The translations under genes were made by a program, and so were the position numbers. 64,000 bases of DNA from Chthoniobacterales bacterium (GTDB lineage Bacteria; Verrucomicrobiota; Verrucomicrobiia; Chthoniobacterales; Chthoniobacteraceae): assembly GCA_038207335.1 (NCBI GenBank), contig JBBQZX010000029.1, positions 14,861-78,860 of the forward strand, in the 5' to 3' direction. The number at the start of each line of letters is the position of its first letter. Position 1 is the stretch's first letter. This document shows, piece after piece, positions 1 to 10,960 of this stretch. Under the pieces are notes generated by a model. It searched no databases. It was not told the origin of the DNA and was given only the letters and a program-made list of their open reading frames with translations.

Positions 1-342
<342 letters not shown>

Positions 343-343
<1 letters not shown>

Positions 344-1020
344 TACTTGTTCTTGTTCAGCAGCTCCCGCACATCCCCCACCGTCTTCAGCTCCCGCAGG
401 CTGCCGAATGTCTCCACCGTCGTCCCCGAATACGAAACCGTCTGCGCGCTCCGCCAGTCTCCCATCGTCTTTGGATCGACCGCAGTATTCATCTTATCGT
501 GCTCCTTCCCGAGATACTGCCGCCCGCCATCCGACAGCGAACGCACCGCGAGCCGGTCATGCGCCTCGCGCGCCTCGCTGGTCGCCGCAGTCTTTGTGTC
601 CGCCGATTTAGTCGCATTGGGAATTTCGTATTTCCCGCGGGACAGCCCGCTCTTCGTCGCGAATTTTTCCTTCTCCAGTCGTGCCACTTTCGACCCGGAA
701 AAATCGCGCGCATCGAATGGCTTCGTCGTAGTCTGGCGATCGGAATAAAACGTCTTCGTCCGCGCCGAATCCGTGTTGATCCCGCGCGCCCCCGCCACCG
801 AGTTACGTCCCGCATCATACGTCTTCGTATAATCCGGCACGAGCACCGACGCCCCACGCGCCGAGGCCACGTCGCCATAATCCAGAGCCCTCATCCGCGC
901 CGACTCCGTGACCCGGCTATTCTGCTCCGTCTCCGAAGCGACCTTTTTCCCGCCCATCGAAGCGCACCCCGCCAGCGCGCACGCGAGCGCGAGATATCCG
1001 AGGGAGAGGGAAAACTTCAC
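343..1020 (-). CDS. Hypothetical lipoprotein
   Basis: 225-aa ORF with signal peptide and lipobox LAGC. Confidence 0.75.
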
Positions 1021-1062
1021 GCGCGAGCAATGCCACGCACTCGCCTCACACGCAAGTCGATG

Positions 1063-3153
1063 CTACTGCGCTCCCGCCCGTTTCTCCCCGCGGCCCTTCC
1101 CGGCCGCCTTCGCATTCGACGCCGCCTCGGGAGTCGTCTCCGCCGCATCGGAAACATCACCCGCTACCGCCTTGTTTTTCCCTGCACCTTTAGACTTCTC
1201 GGGCCTTCCGGGCGCTTGCTTTTCGGTCGCGTGCGGAGTCTGCGCGACATCTCCGGCCGGCGCGACGAACCGCTTCAACATCGTCCGCTTCTTCCCCGCC
1301 GCATCCGCTGGCACCGCCTCGGCATTTTCCTCGACCGGCTCGGCGACCTTCGCCGGCTCGACCGCCTTCACCGGCTCCGGCGCAACCGGCGCTGCCTCAA
1401 CAGCTTGGGGTAGCGGCATTTCAGGCTTCTTGTCGCGAGACGCGCGCGGCTTTTCGCGCTCCTCCGCGACCGGCTCGGGATCGACGTTGGCAGGCTTGGC
1501 TTCGGGAGTTCCCGGCTGCAGCGGCGCGACTTTCTCCGACTGCGGCGCTGGCTTTTCGCGCTTTATTTCAGGCCGCTCCGCCTTTTGTTCCGGCTTCGAA
1601 AGCGCTTTCGGTTTCACCGCCGTGGGCTCTGGTGCCGGCGCGGGTTTTTGCGTCTTCGGCATCTCGCGTTCATCCAGTTTCTGCTGCTTCATCGCCTCTT
1701 TCGCCGCCGACTCCTCCGCTGCTTTTTGCGCGGCATCCGCTTTGCGCTCCGTTTTTGCAGCAGCTTCGTCGTGAGTTTTTTTAAGAGCGGCCGCCTTCCG
1801 CTCCGCATCCGCTTTTTCCTGCGCCGCATCGCGCGCCGCCTGCGCGCTCGCGGCCTCCGTCTTCGCAGCATCGCGCTTCATTTTCACAGCCGCTTCCGCC
1901 TCCGCTTGAACCGCAGCCTTCTGCGCCCCGTCGTCTTTGGGAGTCGCCGTGCCCGCGCCGCTGCGCTGCACCTGTTCAGTTACCCGCGCTTCGTCCGCCA
2001 GCTTTACCCGCGCCGCTTTCGGGTCGTTCACGCCGCTCCAGCCGTGCTCGATTTCCCCGGCCTTCACGCGCTCCTTCACGCGCGCCGGAGCAGTCGCCGC
2101 GCGCGCCGCCGAGACGATGACAGGAGCCGCGATGCGCAGCACTTTTCCACTCTCGACCGCCGGTCCCACCGCCGACCGGTCCGACACCCGCTCGACGCGC
2201 AACTGCTTCACCGGCACTCGGCTGCGTTGGTCGATCACCGTCAACTCCGGCCCCGCGTTGAAGATCACCTTTTTATTCTCCACCGTCTTGTAGCTGATGT
2301 TCGTCACGTTCACCGTGTTGTTCACGATCGTCCCATTCCGCTCCGGCTCCACCACGCGCCCGACGTAAGTCTGCTCGCCGAAATTCTCCACCGGCACGAA
2401 CGAGTAACTCGCCGGCCCGATGTCGTAATAGCTGTCCACCGCAGCCGTGAAGCCCGAGCCCGAGTGCGCATCCGGCGGCAGCGGCGCCCAACCCACGAAA
2501 CTGTCGCTACGCCGCCACGCGACCCACGCCGGCGCCCATTCCGACCCCGGCACCCAAACCCAGCCGATACGCTTCACGCGCGTCCAGCGTCCATAATGAT
2601 ACGTGGCCCAGCCGAACTTTTCATTCGACGCCCAAGTCCAGCCGTAGTCCGTCCACACCCAGCTCCCGTCTGTATAAGGCCGCCAGCCCGTCCGCTGCGC
2701 CTCGCGCGGCTGCCACACGTATCCGAAAGGGTCCAGCTCGATCCAGTCGCCCGCCGGGTCGAGGGCGTCGTAGAAAAAGTCGAGTTTCTGTGCCGTGCGC
2801 GCGTTCGCTGCGGCCTCGGATTTTGCACGCTCCGCCGCGGCCTTTTCATCCGCGCGCTGCTGATCCAGACGCCGCTCATCCGCCTTCAGCTTTGCCAGCC
2901 GCTCCGCATTCGCCGCGCGCTGCGCATCGGTAAGGTCGGCCTTTTCCAGCTCCAGCGAAGCCTGCTCCGCATCGAGCTGAGCCGTCCGCGCCGCCGCCTC
3001 CCGGTCGCTCGCGCGCTGCTCGAGATCGCGCAATTCCACCATGCGTTTTTCATCCGCCTCGCGCTGCGCCGCGCCCGTATCGGGAACCGGCGCGCGGTCA
3101 CAGGCTGCAGTGATGCCGAGTAGTAGCGCGAGAAAGAGACGGGAATATTTCAT
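1063..3153 (-). CDS. DUF6600-like Trp/Gly/Pro-rich domain lipoprotein with coiled coil and long Ala/Lys/Pro-rich tail
   Basis: Start MKYSRL at 3153 with ITAAC lipobox; motifs FYDALDPAGDW, WRPYTDGSWVWTDYGWTW, GWATYHYGRW, WAPAWVAWR. Confidence 0.75.
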   Translation of the reverse strand: MKYSRLFLALLLGITAACDRAPVPDTGAAQREADEKRMVELRDLEQRASDREAAARTAQLDAEQASLELEKADLTDAQRAANAERLAKLKADERRLDQQRADEKAAAERAKSEAAANARTAQKLDFFYDALDPAGDWIELDPFGYVWQPREAQRTGWRPYTDGSWVWTDYGWTWASNEKFGWATYHYGRWTRVKRIGWVWVPGSEWAPAWVAWRRSDSFVGWAPLPPDAHSGSGFTAAVDSYYDIGPASYSFVPVENFGEQTYVGRVVEPERNGTIVNNTVNVTNISYKTVENKKVIFNAGPELTVIDQRSRVPVKQLRVERVSDRSAVGPAVESGKVLRIAAPVIVSAARAATAPARVKERVKAGEIEHGWSGVNDPKAARVKLADEARVTEQVQRSGAGTATPKDDGAQKAAVQAEAEAAVKMKRDAAKTEAASAQAARDAAQEKADAERKAAALKKTHDEAAAKTERKADAAQKAAEESAAKEAMKQQKLDEREMPKTQKPAPAPEPTAVKPKALSKPEQKAERPEIKREKPAPQSEKVAPLQPGTPEAKPANVDPEPVAEEREKPRASRDKKPEMPLPQAVEAAPVAPEPVKAVEPAKVAEPVEENAEAVPADAAGKKRTMLKRFVAPAGDVAQTPHATEKQAPGRPEKSKGAGKNKAVAGDVSDAAETTPEAASNAKAAGKGRGEKRAGAQ

Positions 3154-3258
3154 AAAATAAGTGGTGCGTGAGACGGGAGAGCCGCGCCCGCATTCACGCG
3201 GCACACCGCGAACATTCAACATTGAACCGCGCGCGGCGAACTCCGAACTTGCACCGTA

Positions 3259-4164
3259 ATGGACAAGGACCTCGGCAACATCACCGAACAAATCCTGACC
3301 TCCTACAAAACAGGCGGCGGCATCAACAACATCGACGGCTCCAATCTGCCGTCGAAGCGCGCGCTCGCCGCGATCTGCGAAGACCTGCTCCAGCTCTTGT
3401 TTCCCGGCTTTCACGACCTCGAGCCGATCCACTCCAGCGACCTCTGGCGCGTCACCGGGCACCGCATTTATTCCATCGCCGATCGGTTGAAAATCGAGGT
3501 GTGCAAAAGCCTGCGCCTCCGCGAACCCGGATGCCCGGAGGCCACCGCCGAAAAAGTCCTCTGCTCCTTTCTGCGCGCAATTCCTGAAGTCCGCGAACTG
3601 CTCCGCACTGACGTCGAGGCCGCATTCCAAGGCGACCCGGCCGCCGCAAATTTCGACGAAGTCATCCTCGCGTATCCCTACGTGGAGGCGATCGCCATCC
3701 AGCGCACCGCCCACGTTTTATACGCGCTCGGCCTGCCGCTCATCCCGCGCATCATGACCGAGTGGGCGCACTCGCGCACCGGCATCGACATTCATCCCGG
3801 CGCGGAAATCGGCGCTTACTTTTTTATCGACCACGGCACCGGCGTCGTCATCGGCGAGACGTCGAAAATCGGAACTCACGTGAAGCTTTACCAAGGCGTC
3901 TCGCTCATCGCCCGCTCGCTCGCCGGCGGCCAGGCGCTGCGCGGCACGCGGCGGCACCCGACGGTGGAAGATCACGTCACCATCTACGCCGGCACCACGA
4001 TCATCGGCGGCGACACCGTCATCGGCGCCGGCAGCACCATCGGCGCGAGCGTCTTCCTCACCCACAGCGTCGCCCCGCGTTCCCTCGTTTTCTTCGAGGA
4101 AAAATCCCTTCAAATCCTCGACAAAGACAAGCGCGGCGAATTCGCGGGAGACTGGGAAATCTGA
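3259..4164 (+). CDS. cysE: Serine O-acetyltransferase
   Basis: GDPAA, TGIDIHPGAEIG, FFIDHGTGVVIGET, RHPT motifs. Confidence 0.93.
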   Translation: MDKDLGNITEQILTSYKTGGGINNIDGSNLPSKRALAAICEDLLQLLFPGFHDLEPIHSSDLWRVTGHRIYSIADRLKIEVCKSLRLREPGCPEATAEKVLCSFLRAIPEVRELLRTDVEAAFQGDPAAANFDEVILAYPYVEAIAIQRTAHVLYALGLPLIPRIMTEWAHSRTGIDIHPGAEIGAYFFIDHGTGVVIGETSKIGTHVKLYQGVSLIARSLAGGQALRGTRRHPTVEDHVTIYAGTTIIGGDTVIGAGSTIGASVFLTHSVAPRSLVFFEEKSLQILDKDKRGEFAGDWEI

Positions 4165-4319
4165 GAGTTTAGGAAGTGGGATTTAGGATTTAAAAGGTGG
4201 TGCGCCGAGCGTCTTCCTAGCGCCCGGCCCCGACATCGCTCCCTTCGTTCAACGCCGCACCCGCGTTTCTGCCAATCGCCTCTACCGACCCGTCCGATAT
4301 CCTAGACCCCACCTCGTAA

Positions 4320-5453
4320 ATGCCGCCCATCTACCTCGACTACAACGCCACGACGCCGCTCGCGCCGGAAGCGATGGACGCGATGTTGCCGTATCTCGAG
4401 CGACATTTCGGCAACCCATCGAGCATCCATTCCGCAGGTCGCGAAGCCCGCGCTGCGATCGACGAGTCGCGCGATCGAATCGCTCGCGTGCTCGGCGCAA
4501 AGTCCCACGAAATCATCTTCACCGGCGGAGGAACGGAGTCCGACAACCTCGCGATCATCGGCCTCGCGCGAAGCCGCGCGACGACCGGGAAACATCTGAT
4601 TACCAGCGTCGCCGAGCATCACGCGGTCTTGCACGCGTTCGATTTTTTGGAAAAGCGCGAAGGTTTCGGGGTCACGCGCCTGCCCGTCGATTCGCGGGGT
4701 CGCACCGATCTCGATCAACTCGCCGACGCCCTCACCCCGCGCACAACGCTCGTCTCGATCATGTCGGCAAACAACGAAACCGGCACCGTGCAGCCCGTCC
4801 GCGAAGCCGTCGCGCTGTGCCGCGAGCGCGGCGTGCTTTTCCACTGCGACGCGATCCAGTCATTCGGAAAAGAACCGCTCGCCGCACGCGACTTCGACGC
4901 CCTCTCCCTCGCTGCGCACAAATTCTACGGACCAAAAGGCGCGGGCGTTCTATACCTTGGCTCCGGCATCTCCATCGACTCGCTGCAGCACGGCGGCTCT
5001 CACGAAAATCAACGTCGCCCCGGCACCGAAAACGTCGCCGCAATCGCCGGCATGGCCGCCGCCGCGGAACTTGCGATCCACGACACCGAAAGCGAGAGCG
5101 CGCGGCAGGCATCGCTCCGCGATCGGCTCTGGCACGGCATCCGCAAGGCATTCCCCGCCGCGATCCTCAATGGCGACACCGAGCATCTGCTCGCGAATAC
5201 GCTCAACGTCAGCTTCGCCGGACTCGACGGCGAAAGCCTCCTCATCAACCTCGACCTCGCCGGCATCTGCGCCTCCAGCGGCTCGGCATGCATGGTCGGC
5301 TCCATCCTCCCGTCGCACGTTCTGCTCGCGATGGGAGTCGATCCCGCGCTCGCCGGCGCGACCGTCCGCTTCTCGATCGGAAAACCGACGACTGCCGAGG
5401 AAATCGAAACCGCAATCGCGCTCCTGCCCGAGATTTTCGCGCGCGGCGAATAG
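4320..5453 (+). CDS. iscS: Cysteine desulfurase (IscS/NifS family)
   Basis: YLDYNATTP, GNPSS, AHKFYGPKG (PLP lysine), SSGSAC catalytic cysteine. Confidence 0.92.
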   Translation: MPPIYLDYNATTPLAPEAMDAMLPYLERHFGNPSSIHSAGREARAAIDESRDRIARVLGAKSHEIIFTGGGTESDNLAIIGLARSRATTGKHLITSVAEHHAVLHAFDFLEKREGFGVTRLPVDSRGRTDLDQLADALTPRTTLVSIMSANNETGTVQPVREAVALCRERGVLFHCDAIQSFGKEPLAARDFDALSLAAHKFYGPKGAGVLYLGSGISIDSLQHGGSHENQRRPGTENVAAIAGMAAAAELAIHDTESESARQASLRDRLWHGIRKAFPAAILNGDTEHLLANTLNVSFAGLDGESLLINLDLAGICASSGSACMVGSILPSHVLLAMGVDPALAGATVRFSIGKPTTAEEIETAIALLPEIFARGE

Positions 5454-5541
5454 CAGACATTTTCAGAAAAGCGACACCGCAGCGCAAACGTCACAAAACC
5501 GGGATTTGATCCCGCGAGTTCCGAGCCGAACTTACGGCGTC

Positions 5542-6132
5542 ATGCAGCTCGATTTTTTTGGAAAACTTTCGTCCCGGCTCGCCGCCGCATTCGCGCCGCC
5601 GCGTCCGGCACGGAAGCCGCAACCGTCCGGCGACGCGAGCGAGCTCCAAACCCGCGCCCGTTCGCTGCTCAGAAAACTCGACTGCGCCCCGCTTTCCGAA
5701 AAAGTCGTGGTCCGCTGGAATGCGCGGATGCGCAGCACCGCCGGGATGGCTTACTCTACGAAGTCGCTCATCGTCCTGAATCCCCGCCTGCTCGATTTTC
5801 CTCCCCCTGAACTCGAGCGCACCCTGCTTCACGAACTCGCGCACCTGCTCGCCCACCAGCGCGCCGGCCGCCGTCGCATCACTGCACACGGCCCCGAGTG
5901 GCGGCAGGCGTGCGCTGAACTCGGCATCCCCGGCGAAAAGCGCTGCCACGACCTCCCGCTCCCTCGCCGCACCGTGACCCGCGCTCACCGCTACCAATGC
6001 CCCGCGTGCGGCGTGGAAGTCCGCCGTGTCCGCCCGATGAAGCGCAAATCCGCTTGCCTCGCCTGCTGCCGCAAGCATTCACGCGGCCACTACGACGAGC
6101 GGTTCCGTTTCTTGAAACTTCCCGGCGCTTAG
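5542..6132 (+). CDS. SprT-like zinc metalloprotease domain protein
   Basis: WNARMRSTAG, HELAH, HGPEW, C-terminal CxxC zinc ribbon; start MQLDFF at 5542. Confidence 0.88.
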   Translation: MQLDFFGKLSSRLAAAFAPPRPARKPQPSGDASELQTRARSLLRKLDCAPLSEKVVVRWNARMRSTAGMAYSTKSLIVLNPRLLDFPPPELERTLLHELAHLLAHQRAGRRRITAHGPEWRQACAELGIPGEKRCHDLPLPRRTVTRAHRYQCPACGVEVRRVRPMKRKSACLACCRKHSRGHYDERFRFLKLPGA

Positions 6133-6322
6133 GATTTGGGGGGTGGCGATTTCTAGCCACGCGGCGCGATTGCTGTCCTGTTTCGTCCGTTTCGCACGGT
6201 TTTTTCACAATCGAGAATGAGTGATCTAATCAAAAAAATCTCATCTGGAATGACCGGGCTTCTAGTGCTGGTGCCCCTTCGCGGTCGATGCGGACCGTGG
6301 GAGCGCAACTTTTTTTTGAGCT

Positions 6323-6338
6323 TGGCAAGCTCGCTGCT
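6323..6338 (+). promoter_or_regulatory. Sigma54 (-24/-12) promoter of the urea uptake/urease operon
   Basis: TGGCAAGCTCGCTGCT fits TGGCACG-N4-TTGCW with exact GG-N10-GC spacing, about 70 bp upstream of the first ATG of a nitrogen-scavenging operon. Confidence 0.7.
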
Positions 6339-6405
6339 TATGCCGCTCGCGCCATCAAGGCACCCAAAACCAAACCAAGAACCAAAACAGAACATCATTA
6401 TCCAC

Positions 6406-7290
6406 ATGACCAAAAACAGCATCGCAAAGTTCAGCGCGCTCATGGCCGGCGTCCTCATCATCCCGACCGTGAGTTGGGCAGGCACGATGTCCACGGGCAA
6501 AGAATCCAAGCCTGTCGTTGAGCAGGTGAAAGAGTCCTGCATTACGGGCGACCTCGGCGTGAACTTCGTCTCCGAGTACATCTCGCGCGGCGTCGTCCTC
6601 GAGAACCAAGGTGTGATTGCACAGCCCTACACCGACCTCTACTTCAAGCTCTACTCCGGCGACGGCTTCATCAATAAGATCAGCATCAACCTGGGCATCT
6701 GGAGTTCAATCCACAGCCACAAGCAGGGCGGCAACACCACGGCGCAGAACTGGTATGAGTTCGACTACACGCCCGGCATCTCGCTGACGTTCGCGAAGAA
6801 CTTCACCGCGACGCTGAGCTACTTCGAGTTCGACAGCCCGTCCGGCGCATTCGATCCCGCTCGCAGCATCAACCTTAATTTGGCCTACGACGACACGGAC
6901 TTGCTCGGCGCCTTTGCCTTGCACCCGCACGTCACCGTTCTTCGCGAAGTCGGCGGCATCGCCGGTCTCGCTGAGCATGGCTGGTATTTTGAAGGTGGCA
7001 TCGCTCCTTCCGTCCCGCTCGGCAAGTTCGCGACCCTGACCTTCCCGGTCACGGCTGGCTTCGGCGACGGGAAGTTCTACGCTGGCGATAACTTCGGCTA
7101 CGTCTCCGGCGGCGCGAACCTCGCGATTCCGCTCGGCTTCATGCCTTCCTGCCTCGGTTCGTGGACGTTCAGCGGCGGCTACACCTACACTTATCTCGCC
7201 AGCGACAACCTGCGCACCGCAGCGCTGGCGCAGGCGAATGGCGAGCGCAACCAGCACGTCTTCCAAGGCGGTCTGGCTGTCTCGTTCTAA
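6406..7290 (+). CDS. Outer-membrane beta-barrel protein (TorF/TIGR02001-like putative porin)
   Basis: Signal peptide, [14 protein letters not shown], alternating beta-strand pattern, C-terminal Phe; start MTKNS at 6406. Confidence 0.75.
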   Translation: MTKNSIAKFSALMAGVLIIPTVSWAGTMSTGKESKPVVEQVKESCITGDLGVNFVSEYISRGVVLENQGVIAQPYTDLYFKLYSGDGFINKISINLGIWSSIHSHKQGGNTTAQNWYEFDYTPGISLTFAKNFTATLSYFEFDSPSGAFDPARSINLNLAYDDTDLLGAFALHPHVTVLREVGGIAGLAEHGWYFEGGIAPSVPLGKFATLTFPVTAGFGDGKFYAGDNFGYVSGGANLAIPLGFMPSCLGSWTFSGGYTYTYLASDNLRTAALAQANGERNQHVFQGGLAVSF

Positions 7291-7313
7291 GTAAACTCAA
7301 AAGGTCTATGCGG

Positions 7314-7340
7314 CTCCGCCGGACACTTGGTCCGGCGGAG
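7314..7340 (+). other. Intergenic stem-loop (mRNA stabiliser or attenuator)
   Basis: CTCCGCCGGAC-acttg-GTCCGGCGGAG, a perfect 11-bp stem with no U-tract. Confidence 0.55.
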
Positions 7341-7472
7341 TTCGCGGGGTCCGGCGCGATCCCGAATGGCTTGTTACTCAGTCCTAGTGGCGCGGCTTCC
7401 CTTCCCACACCCGTCGCGCACGTTCTTTCTGTTTGCGTGTCTCCAAACCACCAATCCAACACCTACTCCTAC

Positions 7473-8777
7473 ATGAAACTTCGTACATTCCTCGGCACAA
7501 CGCTTCTCACGGGCGCTGCTATTCTTACCACCTCCATCGCGGCGCGCGCGGCGGACGATACCGTCAAAGTCGGCGTCCTTCACTCGCTCAGCGGCACGAT
7601 GGCTATCTCCGAGACTTCGCTCCGCGATGTCCTTCTCTTCACCTTCGACGAGATCAACAAGTCGGGCGGCGTGATGGGCAAGATGATCGAACCCGTCGTC
7701 GTCGATGGCGCTTCGAACTGGCCGCTCTTTGCCGAGAAGGCCAAGCAGCTCCTCGATCAAGACAAGGTCGCCGTGACCTTTGGCTGCTGGACGAGCGTGT
7801 CGCGCAAGTCGGTCCTTCCAGTCTATGAGGAAAAGAAGGGCCTGCTCTTCTACCCCGTCCAGTATGAGGGCGAGGAAATGTCCAAGAACATCTTCTACAC
7901 TGCCGAAGCAGTAGGTCAGCAAGCTACTCCGGCGGTGGACTACCTCCTGGCGCAGGGCAAGAAGAAATTCTACCTGCTCGGCAGCGACTACGTTTATCCG
8001 CAGACAACCAATCTCGTGCTTCTGGAGTACCTCTTGAGCAAAGGCGTGCCGATCGGGAACATCGGCGGCGGTTTCAAGAAGGATGAGTCTGACAAGATCA
8101 TCTCGGCGGGAAAATACACTCCTTTCGGCCACACCGATTACCAGCAGATCGTCGCGGAGATCAAACAATTCGCGGCGGGCGGAAAGGCTTGCGTCATCAA
8201 TACTCTGAACGGTGACACCAATGTTCCGTTCTTCAAGGAGTATGCGGCGGCTGGGCTTACTGCTGAGACTTGCCCGGTCTGCTCTTTCTCTATCTCGGAG
8301 GATGAGTTCCGCGGGTTGCCGGCGAAGCAGTTGGTCGGGCAGCTTGGCTGCTGGACTTACTTTGAGTCGATCAAGACGCCGGAGAACAAGAAATTCACCA
8401 CGAATTTCCTCAAGTGGGTGCAAGCTCCGAAGGTTACGGGCGCGCCTGACGCGGATGTGAGCAACATCGTGAAAGAAGGCCGCGTGACGTGCTCGCCGAT
8501 GGTGCTGAGCTATGACGGCGTCTATCTGTGGAAAGCCGCGGTGGAAAAGGCGAAGAGCTTTGACGTGGACAAGGTCACGGCGGCGCTGGAATCGGGCATT
8601 AGCTTCGACGGACCTGGCGGCAAGGTGACAACGCAGAAGAATCATCATCTCACGAAGAACGTCTATATCGGCGAGACCAAGGCCGATGGGCAGTTCAAGA
8701 TTCTCAAGAGCTACCCGAATGTCTTTGGCGAGCCGTTCCTCAAGGGCACGTTCAAGGCGAAGACGGCAGCGAAGTAA
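7473..8777 (+). CDS. urtA: Urea ABC transporter substrate-binding protein
   Basis: [48 protein letters not shown]; start MKLRTF at 7473. Confidence 0.95.
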   Translation: MKLRTFLGTTLLTGAAILTTSIAARAADDTVKVGVLHSLSGTMAISETSLRDVLLFTFDEINKSGGVMGKMIEPVVVDGASNWPLFAEKAKQLLDQDKVAVTFGCWTSVSRKSVLPVYEEKKGLLFYPVQYEGEEMSKNIFYTAEAVGQQATPAVDYLLAQGKKKFYLLGSDYVYPQTTNLVLLEYLLSKGVPIGNIGGGFKKDESDKIISAGKYTPFGHTDYQQIVAEIKQFAAGGKACVINTLNGDTNVPFFKEYAAAGLTAETCPVCSFSISEDEFRGLPAKQLVGQLGCWTYFESIKTPENKKFTTNFLKWVQAPKVTGAPDADVSNIVKEGRVTCSPMVLSYDGVYLWKAAVEKAKSFDVDKVTAALESGISFDGPGGKVTTQKNHHLTKNVYIGETKADGQFKILKSYPNVFGEPFLKGTFKAKTAAK

Positions 8778-8793
8778 GTTTCCTTGGTTTGGG

Positions 8794-8828
8794 AGGGGCG
8801 GGGCTTCGGCTCCGCCCCTTTCATTTTC
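8794..8828 (+). terminator. Intrinsic terminator-like hairpin after urtA
   Basis: AGGGGCGGGGC-TTCG-GCTCCGCCCCT followed by a T-rich tract; cUUCGg tetraloop. Confidence 0.65.
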
Positions 8829-8834
8829 CAAACT

Positions 8835-10553
8835 ATGACGCAAACATCGGCCAACAAATACCGGACCTCTGGCACGCGAGCGCTGCGCTGGCTGCTTGTG
8901 TCGATGATGTTCTTTGCGGGGGTCGCGGGTGCGGCGGAGGCGGGGCGCGGGGTGATTGCTAAGGCGATTGTTTTGGAGGACGCGGAGGCGCAGGCAAAGG
9001 CGGTGGAGTCGTTGGCGGGGAATACGGAGCCGGTTACGCGGGATTTGCTGACGGCTTGGAAGGAAGGGACGATCTACATTTACACGGCGCCGGATGGGGC
9101 GAAGTCGGCGGTGTTTCTGGGGAGCGATGCGGATGCGGAGGGGAATGTGGGGGTGACTTCGGTGGAGATGGGCGAGGTGTTGAAGGGGGTGCGGGTGGCG
9201 CGGACGGTTTTGGACTCGGCGGACACGGACTCGGGGGTGCGGCTGGCGATGAAGAAGGTGCTGGATGTTTTTGCGCTGTCGGCGAGCGATCCGGCGGAGC
9301 GGCTGCGGATGATCTCGGAGGTCGGATTGGCGCAGGATGAGACGGAGCTGGATGCGTTGCAGGCGCGGTTCAAGGTGGAGACGGTGGGCGATGTGCAGCG
9401 CGGGTTGCGGGAGGCGATCGCGCTCATCGAGCTGAAAAGCGAGGACGCGGGGGTGCGGGCGGCGGCGGCGGGGCGGCTGGGGGCGATGGGGTCGATCCCG
9501 AGCCGGGATGCGCTGACGGCGCTCTCCGCGGACGCGGTGCCGGAGGTGGCGGCGGCGGCAGTGGGGGCGCTGGCGGCGATAGAGCGGCATCTGAACTGGG
9601 TGAATTTCTACGGGACGCTTTTCCGCGGGCTGTCGCTGGGGAGCATTCTGCTGGTGGTGGCGATCGGGCTGGCGATTACCTTTGGGCTCATGGGGGTGAT
9701 CAATATGGCGCATGGGGAGCTCATCGCGGTGGGGGCTTACACGGCTTATCTCGTGCAGAATCTCTTTAGCACGGGGATCGAGCTTTCGCCCTTTGGGATG
9801 AAGATTTCGATTCCGGGCTTCGGCTACACGGGGTCGAATCTGGATACGTATTTCATTTTCGCGTTGCCGCTGAGTTTCCTTACGGCGGCGGCGGTGGGGA
9901 TTTTATTGGAGCGGACGGTGATCAGGTTTCTTTATCGGAGGCCGCTGGAATCGTTGCTGGCGACGTGGGGGGTGTCGCTGGTGTTGCAGCAGTTGTTCCG
10001 ACTGACTTTTGGGTCGAATAACGTGCAGGTGTATTCGCCGTCGTGGTTGTCGGGGAATTGGACGGTGTTCGACGTGATTCTGGGGTGGAATCGGTTGTTT
10101 GTTATCGCGTTTGCGGTAGCGATCATTGCGGGGACTTGGGGGCTTTTGACGAAGACGCCGCTGGGCTTGCTCATCCGCGCGGTGATGCAGAACAGGCAGA
10201 TGGCAGCGTGCATGGGGGTGCGGACGGAGCGGGTGAATATGATGACTTTTGGCTTCGGCAGCGGGCTGGCGGGGCTGGCGGGGGCATTCATTTCGCAGAT
10301 TGGAAATGTGGGGCCCGGCATGGGCCAAGAGCGAATCGTGGATTCGTTTATGACGGTGGTAGTCGGAGGCGTTGGGAGTATTGCAGGGACAGTCATCGCG
10401 GCGCTGGGGATCGGGGTGCTGGATCAGTCGTTGCAGCAGATTTTGCTAAACCCGGTGCTGGGGAAGATTTTGGTGCTGGGGGGGATCATCCTGTTCCTGC
10501 AGTGGCGGCCGGCGGGGCTCTTTGTGACAAAATCGAGGAGTCTGGAGGGATGA
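8835..10553 (+). CDS. urtB: Urea ABC transporter permease with N-terminal periplasmic HEAT-like extension
   Basis: GLSLGSILL, GLAITFGLMGVINMAHGE, RPLESLLATWG, DSFMTVVVGG. Confidence 0.93.
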   Translation: MTQTSANKYRTSGTRALRWLLVSMMFFAGVAGAAEAGRGVIAKAIVLEDAEAQAKAVESLAGNTEPVTRDLLTAWKEGTIYIYTAPDGAKSAVFLGSDADAEGNVGVTSVEMGEVLKGVRVARTVLDSADTDSGVRLAMKKVLDVFALSASDPAERLRMISEVGLAQDETELDALQARFKVETVGDVQRGLREAIALIELKSEDAGVRAAAAGRLGAMGSIPSRDALTALSADAVPEVAAAAVGALAAIERHLNWVNFYGTLFRGLSLGSILLVVAIGLAITFGLMGVINMAHGELIAVGAYTAYLVQNLFSTGIELSPFGMKISIPGFGYTGSNLDTYFIFALPLSFLTAAAVGILLERTVIRFLYRRPLESLLATWGVSLVLQQLFRLTFGSNNVQVYSPSWLSGNWTVFDVILGWNRLFVIAFAVAIIAGTWGLLTKTPLGLLIRAVMQNRQMAACMGVRTERVNMMTFGFGSGLAGLAGAFISQIGNVGPGMGQERIVDSFMTVVVGGVGSIAGTVIAALGIGVLDQSLQQILLNPVLGKILVLGGIILFLQWRPAGLFVTKSRSLEG

Positions 10554-10554
10554 T

Positions 10555-10960
10555 TAGGACTCCAACAGATTGCCAGAGGCATTTGGCAAGAACCGTGGTG
10601 GACCATTCGTCCGCCGCCGCGTGCCGCTCGGGCGATATTGCGGTCCTGGCGACCAGTGCCAAGGCCCGCGATGCGATTTTCAGGGTCTATGCGGCAGCTC
10701 TCGGGTCGCAGCGAAAGTTTCGTGGGGCTCCGCGTTTGTTTCGTGGGGCTCGGGGAGGCAGCGTAGCGCTCAGATTCTTTTGCGGAGACCTCAGATTCTC
10801 TTGCGGAGGTCTCGGGAACTTTAGCGGAGGTCTCAGATTCTTTCGCGGAGGTCTCGGGAACTCTTGCGGAGGTCTCAGATTCTCTCGCGGAGACGTCGGA
10901 ATCTCTTCCGTGGGTCAGGAATTTTCTCTGTGGGGGCCAGAAATGTTCCGCTCAGTTCTA
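10555..10960. mobile_element. Putative MITE-like insertion at the urtB/urtC junction
   Basis: (A)TGAT duplicated at 10550-10554 and 10960-10964; imperfect terminal IR TAGGACT/TAGAACT; removal restores an ATGA stop/start overlap with SD. Confidence 0.5.
10769..10936. repeat. 21-bp tandem repeat, about 8 units
   Basis: Units start at 10769, 10790, 10811, 10832, 10853, 10874, 10895, 10916, e.g. CTCAGATTCTCTTGCGGAGGT / CTCGGGAACTTTAGCGGAGGT, alternating in the middle. Confidence 0.9.

Noticed and set aside
5517..5532. LexA box upstream of the SprT gene
   Set aside because: GTTC-N6-GAAC spacing does not fit the TGTTC-N4-GAACA motif I recall for Verrucomicrobia.
7374..9713. 779-aa minus-strand ORF and similar long antisense ORFs (14374-16098, 55483-57321, 60415-61737)
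   Set aside because: Shadow frames of well-supported genes in high-GC DNA.
10769..10936. CRISPR array
   Set aside because: Contiguous degenerate 21-bp units without unique spacers, and no cas genes.
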